From positions 7,367 through 71,366 of IMG/VR virus record IMGVR_UViG_3300047476_001768: a stretch of DNA of 64,000 bases. One strand, given 5' to 3'. The translations under genes were made by a program, and so were the position numbers. Shown in pieces: positions 1-10,300 of this stretch. The notes under the pieces are model-generated. The model saw nothing but the letters and a program-made list of their open reading frames with translations, was not told the origin of the DNA and did not search any database. The first letter of the stretch is position 1, and each line of letters opens with the position of its first letter. The stretch comes from a virus.

Positions 1-464
1 TCGTTAATCTTCCAATGTTGAAATGGCGGAAAATTTACTTTGACATACTTAGCAGGCAGCTTAACCAGCTCTTCTGTTCCTGTATCGTATTCGGTTTCAG
101 TTGGATTGTTTTCTTCCTCTACTGGTAGTTTTTTGTTTTTACTTTCATCTATAGGCACATGACTCCAGGTCATCACTCTAAATACAACATCTGTTTCTGG
201 AATCTTGGTATACTTGATTTCAAATTCTTCTAGTTTGCGTTTTGTGCCATCGGCAGTAGCAGCTTCGTGCGCCAGCTTAGCCAGTCGCTCTGCACGATTT
301 TTACGCCCTTGCAATAAGTCTTTTTTGGCTATGGTTCCTTTGTTGTTTAATGACACTATGATATCATAGTCTGCATCTTCTGGTACTGCATACCAACAAT
401 AGGTGTTTTTACTTTTGTGTATCTCCTTCAGTATGTCTTTGTTGTTAAGATAATTGTGCTTCAT
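1..464 (-). CDS. gp55: T4 gp55-like late-transcription sigma factor (5' part, runs off the window edge)
   Basis: Not in the ORF track. Hand translation from ATG at 464 (AAAGGA SD upstream) gives MKHNYLNNKDILKEIHKSKNTYCW..., open to position 1. NYLNNKDILKEI resembles the T4 gp55 N-terminus NYVNNKELLQAI. Confidence 0.65.
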   Translation of the reverse strand, partial: MKHNYLNNKDILKEIHKSKNTYCWYAVPEDADYDIIVSLNNKGTIAKKDLLQGRKNRAERLAKLAHEAATADGTKRKLEEFEIKYTKIPETDVVFRVMTWSHVPIDESKNKKLPVEEENNPTETEYDTGTEELVKLPAKYVKVNFPPFQHWKIN

Positions 465-504
465 GGGTTAGTATTCCTTTATAAAACTACCACATATTTT
501 AATG

Positions 505-512
505 AATAAATA
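505..512 (+). promoter_or_regulatory. T4-late-like promoter box AATAAATA
   Basis: One mismatch to TATAAATA; intergenic, upstream of the structural operon starting at 541. Confidence 0.5.
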
Positions 513-540
513 ATAAAAAAGCAAGAGAGGATTAGTACTT

Positions 541-1488
541 ATGCCAGCAGTAACACCTGGAGGATATGGAAGATTCGTTGATAACCCTGCGGGTCTAACC
601 AGCGGCAATCCGCCCTCTTCAAATGATGGTCCTGCAAAGCCCGGTCCAGATATAAAAAATGGTGGAGGATATGGAAGATTTGTTGATAGCCCTGCCGGTT
701 CAGCCCAAAGCAAACTATATCCTGGAGTTGATTTTACCAACATGCGATTGCAAAATGCTGGACTAAATCGTGGCGGTGCAAACTCTCAAAAATCAAGAAC
801 AGTTGAACCAGAAATTAAAAGTGGAGTCACATCAACATCTTTAATTCCTACAGAAGACGATTGGAGAATACGAGTAAGTTTGCCAACCAAGTCGCAAATT
901 TTTTATCAAGATCCTAATCGCAGCCAGCTGGTACTTAAACCAATTATTGATAGTGGTGTTAATGGAGTGGTATTTCCTTATACACCATCAATACAAGTGG
1001 CACACAATGCAAGATACAGCGAAGCGTCACTTACACACGCAAATTACAAAAGTTATTATTACGAAGGCAGTGACGTGGCAGCGATAACCATCAGCGGCGA
1101 ATTCTCAGCACAAAATGAAAGAGAAGCCGCCTACGTGCTAGCATGCGTACATTTTTTAAGAGCATGTACAAAAATGTTTTTTGGTCAAAGTGTATCATTG
1201 CCAGTTGGCACACCGCCGACTATTGTGTTTCTTGATGGTTACGGACAGTTTTACTTTCCGCATGTGAGTTGTGTGGTTACAAACTTTTCACATACTCTGC
1301 CAGCAGATGTAGATTATATTCCATTAAAAAATATTTTTCAAAACACACGAATTCCTACTTTGAGCACAATCAGTATCACTCTACAACCAGTGGTCAGTCG
1401 CAAGCGCATACATGAAGACTTTAATCTTGACTATGTGGCACAAGGTTTGTTGCTAGGTGACAAGAAAGGTGCAGGAGGATTTTTATAA
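541..1488 (+). CDS. Baseplate/tail-tube cap or initiator-like protein (gp48/CIS-tube-like)
   Basis: 315 aa. Motifs FPYTPSI, ITISGEF and PPTIVFLDGYG..F..V.CVVTNF; directly precedes a gp53-like gene. Confidence 0.55.
   Translation: MPAVTPGGYGRFVDNPAGLTSGNPPSSNDGPAKPGPDIKNGGGYGRFVDSPAGSAQSKLYPGVDFTNMRLQNAGLNRGGANSQKSRTVEPEIKSGVTSTSLIPTEDDWRIRVSLPTKSQIFYQDPNRSQLVLKPIIDSGVNGVVFPYTPSIQVAHNARYSEASLTHANYKSYYYEGSDVAAITISGEFSAQNEREAAYVLACVHFLRACTKMFFGQSVSLPVGTPPTIVFLDGYGQFYFPHVSCVVTNFSHTLPADVDYIPLKNIFQNTRIPTLSTISITLQPVVSRKRIHEDFNLDYVAQGLLLGDKKGAGGFL
559..699 (+). repeat. Two 36-bp direct repeats (559-594, 664-699) encoding GGYGRFVD(N/S)PAG
   Basis: ggaggatatggaagattcgttgataaccctgcgggt vs ggaggatatggaagatttgttgatagccctgccggt, 33/36 identical. 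Confidence 0.85.
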
Positions 1489-1799
1489 TGGCAACCAAAA
1501 GAATTGAGTATGCTAAAACAAGTCCCTATTATAGCACAGCTAGATTTGGTAATTTTTTAGACATAATAGAATATCGTAGTATACCCTCTAGAGCAGATGA
1601 TGTGCAGTACATAATTGATCGTGTGTATAAAAATCGTCCTGATTTATTAGCATATGATCTTTATGGAGATGCTGCTCTCTGGTGGGTGTTTGCTGCACGT
1701 AATCCTAACGTGTTAAAAAATCCCTTAGGCGATTTTGAACCAGGCGTGCTTATCAGTATTCCAAAAAAAGACACAATTGATGCTGCGTTAGGGATATGA
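1488..1799 (+). CDS. gp53: Baseplate wedge protein, gp53/LysM-like
   Basis: 103 aa with RPDLLAYDLYGDAALWWVFAARN, the gp53/tail X LysM-like signature. Confidence 0.8.
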   Translation: MATKRIEYAKTSPYYSTARFGNFLDIIEYRSIPSRADDVQYIIDRVYKNRPDLLAYDLYGDAALWWVFAARNPNVLKNPLGDFEPGVLISIPKKDTIDAALGI

Positions 1800-1802
1800 T
1801 AA

Positions 1803-4646
1803 ATGGCCATATCCTATTCACTGCCTCTTAAAATAACAACTGATGAGGATACTGGGCTTTTACTGCTAGTTGACTCTACCGGTAAAACTCTATCACGAGG
1901 CGCATCGCCTACTATTGTAAACAATCTAGGATTAGAAAAAGGAGTAAAAAGCACAGACTTACCTGCTCCTGTAGATCCACGAGAACCACCTCCTGCACCC
2001 ACACCACCTTCAGCTAGTAAAACCACTGATACAGCAGCATCGTCAGTTCAAGATCAATCTGGAACCACAACCGAACAGCCGTTGAGCTCAACCGAAGCTG
2101 CACGTATCAAAGAAAATAAAACAAACGCTCCGCAAGAAGCAACACCAGATGCCGGAGACGAATTTGGCAACAGTAGAAAAGTCACACTAGGTGCTGGTGT
2201 GTTAGAAGCTCAAAGTGCCAGTAATACTGCTGATGTTACCAACAACAAAAAAATAGAAGTTGGAACCAGCAGAACAGTAGCCCCTACTGTGGGAACCAAT
2301 CTGTTACATCAATTTGCTTCCTATACCTATAATATCAGTTTGCACATGTTGAGCAAGGAAGACTTTAACAAAATGGGAAGAGATCCTGATAGCAACTGGG
2401 TACCTTCAAAAACTCTTATTGGCGGAGCAGGCAAATGGGGAGTTCCTGGATTCAATAGAGATCAAAATTTTCTAGACGATTTTTACTTTGACAATCTCAA
2501 GATGACTACCATAATTGGTAGCACAGCAGGAAATCAAGGAACCAATGCTGTAGAATTAAATTTCACAATCATTGAGCCTCATGGTGTTACACTTTTGGAT
2601 AGATTGATTGATGCCTGTTTGGATCCAGCAGTAGACGGAAAAAACTATCTTGAAATACCCTACTTGATACAAATTGATTTTTTTGGATATGATGACGAAG
2701 GCATAGGAAAGCATCTTGTAAAACAAAGAAAATACATTCCTATTAATATTTTGACCATGGGTATCAAAGCAAGTATTAAAGGAGCAGAGTACCAAATAGG
2801 TGCAGTGCCATATGCACACTCTGGTTTCCAAGAAAGTGTAGCAGCTACTCCGGCAAACTTTGAAATCACAGCCAGCACATTACAAGAATTTTTTAAAGAC
2901 GTTGATGACGTCAACGATGCCAAAGCAGCAGATAAAGAAAATCAGAGATTAGAATCAGAAAAAAAAGCCAAAGAAAAAGAAGAAAAAACCAATCCTAACA
3001 AAAACAACAACGCAAGAAAAACTGGCAAGGAGACCAGCAGTGCAACTGGTGACGATACCAGCACTCCTACCTACACTGTTAAAAGCTATGTGAGTGCATA
3101 TAATGCATGGGGGCAAGCGTCAGTGAGAAACAATCACGCTACAGACTATAACAAAATAGCAGTGGTGATTGACGATTTTATTTTAAAGGCCGCTAACGGC
3201 AACGGCGGGAAGATTGTAAATCCAAAAAATCAGCCTACTAGTCAAGTATCAGAGTACAATCCAAAAAACAAAAAAGAACTAGCTGCAATGGTAAGAGCCA
3301 ATGCAGGCAAAGCCACAGCACAGCCAAATCTTGGATTTAGTAAATTCAATATCACCGGACAGACCAGCGTGATGGCAGTGATAAACAACATCATGCTCAG
3401 CAGCGAATACATTCGGTCACAGATGATAGATACCACTCAGGATGCATCACAAAACGCTGATAATCTTAAAAAACCTGTAAACTGGTGGAAAATAATTCCA
3501 GATGTAAAACTGCGCAAGTATGATCCTCAAAATGGTAAATGGTTTATGGACATAACCTATTATGTTAAACCTTACACGGTGTATAATCGTACTCATCCTA
3601 ATGCACCTAAAGATTTACCCACTGGCTATCATAGAGTGTACAACTACATCTATACCGGACAAAACAACGACATACTGGATTTTGCTATTGATTTTGACAC
3701 AGCATTTTATACCGCAGTGACCATTGACCGAACCAGGGTAGCATCCACACTCACACAGGCCGGTCCAGACATTGAAAGCAGTCAGGTGCAAAATCCCAAC
3801 CCCAGTGTGGAAGATTTAAAAAAAGGTCTTTTCAGCGGATTTCAGCCCAAAACCACTATACCCACGTCTGATAACCTGGCAGTTGCCGGGCAACTTACAA
3901 ATAGAAAAGATGGTGTTGGCATGGCCACAGCATCATATGCAGAACATCAACAGAATGGTGCCAGTGCCGATCAGTTAGCAATCAAATTAAAAATTATTGG
4001 CGATCCACAGTTTATAAAACAAGATGAAATCTATTATAGCCCGGCCGCTCGTAGATACAGCGAAGTACAAGGACAGACCAGTAACTATGTTGCAGATGAG
4101 AACAGCAGCATCGCCATGGACAACGGCGAGGTACACATTAAATTGAATTGGAAAACACCAGTTGATATTGATGAAGAAACCGGTGGCATGAAAACCAATA
4201 CAAAATATTTTCAATCATCATTCAGCGGCATATTTCAGGTGCTCATGGTTGAAAGCACTTTTGCTCAAGGTAAATTTGAACAAACGCTAGATGCAGTGCG
4301 ATTGCCAGATCAGCCGGATGAAAAACAAAATACAGAAAAAAGCAGCACGGACATAAGATCTGACAATTTACCTAGCACAGCAAAAAACAGTACATCCCAA
4401 GGTTGGGCAGCACTTGACAGCCAAACAGTTGAGCAACAGAAAACCACAGTGCTTACCAAACTGTTACAAAATAAAACTGTCAGTACTCCAGTTGAAGGAA
4501 ATAACAACAAACAAAAAGTAGATACCACACCAGAAGCAGACGCAAGAGGTTACGGTGAAGAGTATCAAAACAGTCAGGCCAGTGCTTTGTCCTCTGTGAG
4601 AGCAACTGCACCAACTCAGAATGCTAGTGATTTTTTTGGTATCTAG
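1803..4646 (+). CDS. Baseplate hub protein (gp27/GpD-like) with low-complexity ends
   Basis: 947 aa between gp53 and gp5. C-terminal LKIIGDP and SGIFQVLMVESTFAQGKFEQTL are typical of hub proteins. Confidence 0.6.
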   Translation: MAISYSLPLKITTDEDTGLLLLVDSTGKTLSRGASPTIVNNLGLEKGVKSTDLPAPVDPREPPPAPTPPSASKTTDTAASSVQDQSGTTTEQPLSSTEAARIKENKTNAPQEATPDAGDEFGNSRKVTLGAGVLEAQSASNTADVTNNKKIEVGTSRTVAPTVGTNLLHQFASYTYNISLHMLSKEDFNKMGRDPDSNWVPSKTLIGGAGKWGVPGFNRDQNFLDDFYFDNLKMTTIIGSTAGNQGTNAVELNFTIIEPHGVTLLDRLIDACLDPAVDGKNYLEIPYLIQIDFFGYDDEGIGKHLVKQRKYIPINILTMGIKASIKGAEYQIGAVPYAHSGFQESVAATPANFEITASTLQEFFKDVDDVNDAKAADKENQRLESEKKAKEKEEKTNPNKNNNARKTGKETSSATGDDTSTPTYTVKSYVSAYNAWGQASVRNNHATDYNKIAVVIDDFILKAANGNGGKIVNPKNQPTSQVSEYNPKNKKELAAMVRANAGKATAQPNLGFSKFNITGQTSVMAVINNIMLSSEYIRSQMIDTTQDASQNADNLKKPVNWWKIIPDVKLRKYDPQNGKWFMDITYYVKPYTVYNRTHPNAPKDLPTGYHRVYNYIYTGQNNDILDFAIDFDTAFYTAVTIDRTRVASTLTQAGPDIESSQVQNPNPSVEDLKKGLFSGFQPKTTIPTSDNLAVAGQLTNRKDGVGMATASYAEHQQNGASADQLAIKLKIIGDPQFIKQDEIYYSPAARRYSEVQGQTSNYVADENSSIAMDNGEVHIKLNWKTPVDIDEETGGMKTNTKYFQSSFSGIFQVLMVESTFAQGKFEQTLDAVRLPDQPDEKQNTEKSSTDIRSDNLPSTAKNSTSQGWAALDSQTVEQQKTTVLTKLLQNKTVSTPVEGNNNKQKVDTTPEADARGYGEEYQNSQASALSSVRATAPTQNASDFFGI

Positions 4647-4680
4647 TTTTCAACTACATAGTGTATTAACGGAATAATCA

Positions 4681-6141
4681 ATGGGAACAACAGATAAAAT
4701 TTATGGCAGCAAAGTACCAAAACGTGCCAAAGCCAACGAAGCTGCTGGTACTAATATCAATCCTGGTCCGTATGAAGCAGTAATCAAAAATGTGCTTGAT
4801 ACTACAAGATCAGGACGTCTACAGGTTTGGATTCCAGAATTGGGTTCCGGCGACCAAGACAACATCAGCAACTGGTACACTGTGAGCTATGCCAGTCCAT
4901 TTGCCGGTACCACTTCGCAGCCACCTGGATTTGACAAAGTGGTATCAAATTTCTATGCCTATACACAACACACTTATGGATTTTGGGCAGTGCCACCTGA
5001 TGTTGGCAATGTGGTATTGGTAATTTTTATCAACGGAGATCCTAACAGAGGCTACTGGTTTGCCTGTGTGGTAAACAAACTGGGCAAAAACATGATTCCT
5101 GCTATTGGCGGTGCAGGTAAGAGCAAGATTGATGATAGAGAAATTGGCAGTCCTGAAATAAAAAAAGCTCTTACTGATGACAGTGTGTGGCCTTTATCTG
5201 AAGCCAACGAGAATGAAGGTGCAAATGTACAAAGTGACTTTTTAGACATTAAAAAACCTCCTCACGAGTTTCAGGTCAAACGCTATATTCAACAGGGACT
5301 AGACAGAGATCCACTAAGAGGAGCAGTTAGCAGTTCAGGGCAGAGAAACATACCCAGCGCAGTTTACGGGTGGAGTACCCCTGGAAGACAATTAAAAGGA
5401 GATCCTGCCGAAAATCCCGAACTACAGGCCAAGGTAGAAAGTGGAGATATTGGACCTGAAGATGTGTTTGCACTGGCTAGAAAAGGCGGTCATACATTTG
5501 TCATGGATGATGGAGATTTCTATGGCAAGAGTCAATTGGTACGTATGCGCACTGCGGCTGGGCATCAAGTGCTCTTAGATGATACCAATGGCATGACCTA
5601 TGTGATTAACAGCGAAGGCACCTGTTGGATAGAACTGGCCAAGAACGGGCAGATGCATATTTTTACCAGTGGTGGATTCAATGTGCGCAGCGAAGGCGAT
5701 ATTAATTTTCACAGTGACACTAATATTAAAATGCATGCCGCAGACAAAATTAAAATATTTGCAGGAAATCAAATTGATATCAACACTAAAACTTTTATTC
5801 AGTTAAGCACTGACTTGAGTAAAATTTACGCTAGTAAAGTACAGGTAGGGGGCAGCAGCACAGTTAATATTAGTGCTGGTGGTGTGGGCAGTTTTAAAGC
5901 AGGAGAACTGTTGCAGTATACCGGTGGAAAAATTCATCTAAACACCAGCACAGCTCCGGTGGTGCAAAAACCAGAACCAATACCTAAATTTTTGCACACC
6001 GATACTCTGTTAAACACCAACAACGGGTTGTGGGAAATTTCGCCAAATAAAATAAACAGTATTGTGAACATAGCACCCACACACGAACCCTGGTCAAGGG
6101 AAAGTGGATCCAGTCAAACTGACAAGGCTTCGGGAGGATAA
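4681..6141 (+). CDS. gp5: Baseplate central spike, gp5/VgrG-like
   Basis: 486 aa. OB-fold motifs D..RSGRLQVWIP and PPDVGNVVLVIF..GDPN.GYW, then GHTFVMDD / GHQVLLDD and beta-helix-like repeats. Confidence 0.8.
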   Translation: MGTTDKIYGSKVPKRAKANEAAGTNINPGPYEAVIKNVLDTTRSGRLQVWIPELGSGDQDNISNWYTVSYASPFAGTTSQPPGFDKVVSNFYAYTQHTYGFWAVPPDVGNVVLVIFINGDPNRGYWFACVVNKLGKNMIPAIGGAGKSKIDDREIGSPEIKKALTDDSVWPLSEANENEGANVQSDFLDIKKPPHEFQVKRYIQQGLDRDPLRGAVSSSGQRNIPSAVYGWSTPGRQLKGDPAENPELQAKVESGDIGPEDVFALARKGGHTFVMDDGDFYGKSQLVRMRTAAGHQVLLDDTNGMTYVINSEGTCWIELAKNGQMHIFTSGGFNVRSEGDINFHSDTNIKMHAADKIKIFAGNQIDINTKTFIQLSTDLSKIYASKVQVGGSSTVNISAGGVGSFKAGELLQYTGGKIHLNTSTAPVVQKPEPIPKFLHTDTLLNTNNGLWEISPNKINSIVNIAPTHEPWSRESGSSQTDKASGG

Positions 6142-6915
6142 ATGTCTAGCGTTAATGATATAAGTCTTCCAATACGACAAAAAACGGAAGAAGAATGCAT
6201 TCCAAATAATGTGGTTAGAGATTCCTCAGGAAATCCTATAAAATTGCCCAGCGGCTTGTTTTTAACCAGCGGCGAAGAAATACTAGATCCTGGTCCGCAA
6301 ATTTCTAAAAATCAAGTTTTATCTTTAAATCTACAAGTACCAAAACATGTGCTGGCCAGTGTGCTTAATCCTGACCCCCCGGCAGGTATAGGCAGACTGT
6401 CTAGACTGCACGTGAAAGCTATAAAGACCATGATAGCAAATGCAACCAGTGGGTTCAGCTATCGGTTTATTGGTCCAGCAAACTATGTAGGCAAGTATCA
6501 ATTGAGTGCTGTTATTCTAACCGATCTTGGTTATATCAAAAGCGAATATGTGGACTTGTTTGGATCTGACTCGGTGAAAAAAGCGTCGGCATGGACCAAC
6601 AAGGACGGAGTTGGTAACCTTGAAAGCTACTTCAGAAGTGAAGGTGTGCAAGAAAACAGCATGTTTGATCTACTGGAAAAAAATTATCAAGCCATGGAAA
6701 AAAATGGAGCAATCAAGGCCGATGATAATCTTTGTACCATTGCTGGTATGTTGTGCGTGGCACACATACTTGGACCCGAACTTGGGACCGAACTAGACCC
6801 AGGAGCCAAAAGATGGCGCAACACTGGTAGTGGCAAAGATGTTAATGGAAATTATGGAACTGTGTTTTTTCTACTAGGCAGATATGCCATTGACGTTCTA
6901 GCCAGAGTGAATTAA
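6142..6915 (+). CDS. Tail-associated lysozyme-like domain protein (possibly inactive)
   Basis: 257 aa. YVGKYQL followed by F.SE.VQE..M is lysozyme-superfamily-like; immediately follows gp5 in the same frame. Confidence 0.5.
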   Translation: MSSVNDISLPIRQKTEEECIPNNVVRDSSGNPIKLPSGLFLTSGEEILDPGPQISKNQVLSLNLQVPKHVLASVLNPDPPAGIGRLSRLHVKAIKTMIANATSGFSYRFIGPANYVGKYQLSAVILTDLGYIKSEYVDLFGSDSVKKASAWTNKDGVGNLESYFRSEGVQENSMFDLLEKNYQAMEKNGAIKADDNLCTIAGMLCVAHILGPELGTELDPGAKRWRNTGSGKDVNGNYGTVFFLLGRYAIDVLARVN

Positions 6916-6916
6916 A

Positions 6917-6924
6917 AATAAATA
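6917..6924 (+). promoter_or_regulatory. T4-late-like promoter box AATAAATA
   Basis: 7 nt upstream of the gp25 ATG, with no room for an SD. Confidence 0.45.
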
Positions 6925-6931
6925 AAATACT

Positions 6932-7327
6932 ATGGCACTGTACAACGGATTCAGCACTTACAATAGGTACAAAAAGTTCAAACTCACAGACTTTGAACTG
7001 GTACGACAGGATCTTTTTAATCATTTTAACATTCGCAAGGGTGAAAAGCTGATGAATCCTGAATTTGGCACTATTATCTGGGGCATGCTGTTTGAACCGT
7101 TTACTGATGATGTACGCAAAGCCATCACAGACGATGTTAGGCGCATAGCCACATACGACCCAAGACTGGCAGTTGACAGCATACAAATTGATGAATATCA
7201 ACAAGGTGTACAAGTCACACTAGTGGTCACTTATCTTATTGAAAACTATACCAGCACACTGTTACTAAATTTTGATCGCGACAGTCGTACTATCAGCACT
7301 GGCGTTTACGGCAACGCATCCAATTAA
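6932..7327 (+). CDS. gp25: Baseplate wedge subunit gp25
   Basis: 131 aa, RKGEKLMNPEFGTIIWGMLFEP...YDPRL (GPW_gp25 signature). Confidence 0.9.
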   Translation: MALYNGFSTYNRYKKFKLTDFELVRQDLFNHFNIRKGEKLMNPEFGTIIWGMLFEPFTDDVRKAITDDVRRIATYDPRLAVDSIQIDEYQQGVQVTLVVTYLIENYTSTLLLNFDRDSRTISTGVYGNASN

Positions 7328-7347
7328 AAGCAGCATATTTTGTTGTG

Positions 7348-7355
7348 AATAAATA
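7348..7355 (+). promoter_or_regulatory. T4-late-like promoter box AATAAATA
   Basis: Intergenic, upstream of gp6; preceded by CATATTTT, as is the box at 505. Confidence 0.5.
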
Positions 7356-7375
7356 CTAGAAATGGGTAAATTCAC

Positions 7376-10300
7376 ATGGCTGCTACCACAAGACAAACTA
7401 ATCTACTGATCCAGCAGGACTGGAAAAAGATCTATCAGAGCTTTCAAAATGCTGACTTTCAAAGCTATGACTTTGAAACTTTGCGCAAGAGCATGATTGA
7501 TTACCTGCGCACATACTACCCTGAAGATTTTAATGACTTCCTGGAAAGCAGTGAGTACATTGCTCTTATTGATCTAATTGCTTTTTTGGGACAGAGCTTG
7601 GCATTTCGTGCAGATCTCAATGCCAGAGAAAACTTTTTAGACACTGCCGAGCGTAGAGACAGTGTGCTCAAGCTGGCTAGACTGATCAGCTATAACCCTA
7701 AAAGAAACACCAATGCCACCGGCTTGTTGAAATTTGAAGCAGTATTCACTTCAGAAAATCTGTTTGACAGCAACGGAACCAATCTTAGCAACTTGCCTGT
7801 ATCATGGAACGATCCTGGTAACGACAACTGGTTAGAACAGTTTAGTCTGATTATCAATACTGCACTCATAAACAGTCAGACTGTGGGCAAACCGGGAAAC
7901 ACACAGAATATTAGCGGTGTGCGCACAGAAGAATACAGTATCAATCTGCTACCAAACATTGTACCAGCATTTAAATTTCAAACCTTGGTAGAAACTTCAA
8001 ACATGAATTTTGAAGTGGTTAGTCCTACCAGCGTGAATCAAAGCTATCTATACGAGCGAGATCCAAATCCCTCAAGAGTTTTTAACATATTGTATCGCAA
8101 TGACAATCTTGGCAACGACAGCGAAAACACCGGCTGGTTTTTATATTTCAAACAAGGAGACATTGGTCAGTTGGACTTCACACTTACCGACAGTCTTCCA
8201 AACAGAACCGTAAGTGTAAATGTTGACAATATTAACAACACTGATGTTTGGCTGTTTAAACTGGATGCCAACGGCGAACCAACTGAAAAATGGACCGAAG
8301 TCCCAAATGTGGCAGGGTTTAATGTTATCTACAACAACAGTCTTGAAAGAAACATTTATCAGGTTAACACAAGAGCCAATGATCAAATTGATGTGGTGTT
8401 TGGCGATGGCGCATTTGCAAACATACCAATTGGTACATTTAGATTATACTATCGTGTGAGCAATGGATTGAGTTACAAGATCACACCTGAAGAAATGCAG
8501 AGCATAATCATACCACTAACGTATGTGAGCAAAGCAGGCAGAGCAGAAACTATCAGCATTAGAGCCAGTTTACAGTACACTGTGAACAACGCAAGTTCAC
8601 GCGAGACATTGGATGATATCAAGACCAAGGCTCCGCAACAGTATTACACTCAAAATCGCATGGTCACAGGGGAAGATTATAATATCTTGCCTTTTACGCT
8701 GTTTAACAACATAATCAAAATTAAAGCAACAAACAGAAGTAGTTCTGGTGTGAGCAGATATCTTGATACTATTGACGTAACCGGCAAATATAGTTCAACC
8801 AATGTGTTTGGTGAAGATGGAGCTTTGTATAGACAGGAAACTATTGACGCACAAGATTATGTACCTCCAGTAAATGGTGATGTGGTTGGCAGTCTCAATC
8901 AAGTGATAAACAACAAACTACTGGTAGACAACTATGTTTCGTTTACTCAGTTCATATACGAAAAATTTTCTAGATACAGCACACGAGATGCCGAAGTTAA
9001 TGGAACCATTTTTGATACCAATTGGGTACAACTTACCACAGGTACAAATCAAAGCACAGGATATTTTACCACGTCTACAAACTATAGGTCTGCAGAATTA
9101 CTAGGTTCTTTTGCTACTCCTGTTAAAGTTGGCACAGCCAGTTCAACAGCTTTAAGATTCATCACCAAAGGTGCAATTATCAAGTTTCGTGCATCTGTGG
9201 ATGTTACTACTACGCCAGCCTATTTTGATAAAACCAATGACATAAAATTTGGTACTCCTGGAGTTGCCGGTGATCGTGTGTACATATATGCCACTGTGGT
9301 TAAAATTGAAGGAGATGGAACTGCTAACGGTATTGTTACAGCCAACACCCCGGGTCCTATTTCTCTGAGCACTTTTATTCCTCCGGGTGCATACATTGAA
9401 GAAATTATTCCTCAGATTTACAATGTGATTCCAAACGATATACTTAGATCTGCGGCCACCCTTGTGAACAGTAAGAAAAACTTTGGATTGCGATTTGATC
9501 AATTGAACAAAGTGTGGAAAGTGATACAACCGCAAGATCTAAAACTTTCTCAGCCAGGCAGTCCTTTGTTGGGCAATTCAGGAATAAATGCAGAATACAA
9601 TCAAGCAAAAGCAGGCGACACCACAGCCAGCAGCCTTGATAGTAGTTGGCTAGTGGCATTTGTAAGTACCAATCTTGGATATAAATTGTACTACAGACAA
9701 ATAAATTATGTGTTTGAAAGCAAAAGAGAGACCAAGTTTTATTTTGACCCTAAGGTCAGAGTGTATGATCCAAAAAGTGCTCAAATTATAAATGATCAGA
9801 TCAAAGTGCTGAGATCAAATTCTGCACCTGACCAAACTGGATCATTGTACGATGATAAAATTTTCTTTATCTACAAAATGATCATTGATGCAGATGGATA
9901 CGAAAACACCAACAAGATTTATGTAAAATATCCTGACACCAACAGAGATGGGATACCTGACAACCCCGATCTGTTTAAGGAAATTGTCAATCCTGAGATT
10001 AATCCCACAGAGAAAAAGATTTTCTTTAGAAAACTTTATACTGCTGGTAGCTATATTACATATCAAATAATAGATGATGGTGTGGTTGAAACCGGATTCG
10101 TTTCGCAGGCAGATATTGTTGATGTTATTGATCAATACGACGATGGGCAAGTGTTTTACGCCAGTGGGGAAAATTTATTCTATACTCTGATAGTAACCAC
10201 AGTGGCTAATGTAACCAGCAAATCTTTAGAATCTTCTGAAAACGGAGAAACATACTTACTATTGCAAGGTAGACAGGATTTGTATTTCCAATATCGGCAT

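Noticed and set aside
559-699. 36-bp direct repeats as a possible mini-CRISPR array
   Set aside because: Only two copies, in-frame within a CDS, with mostly synonymous differences, a 69-bp spacer and no cas genes.
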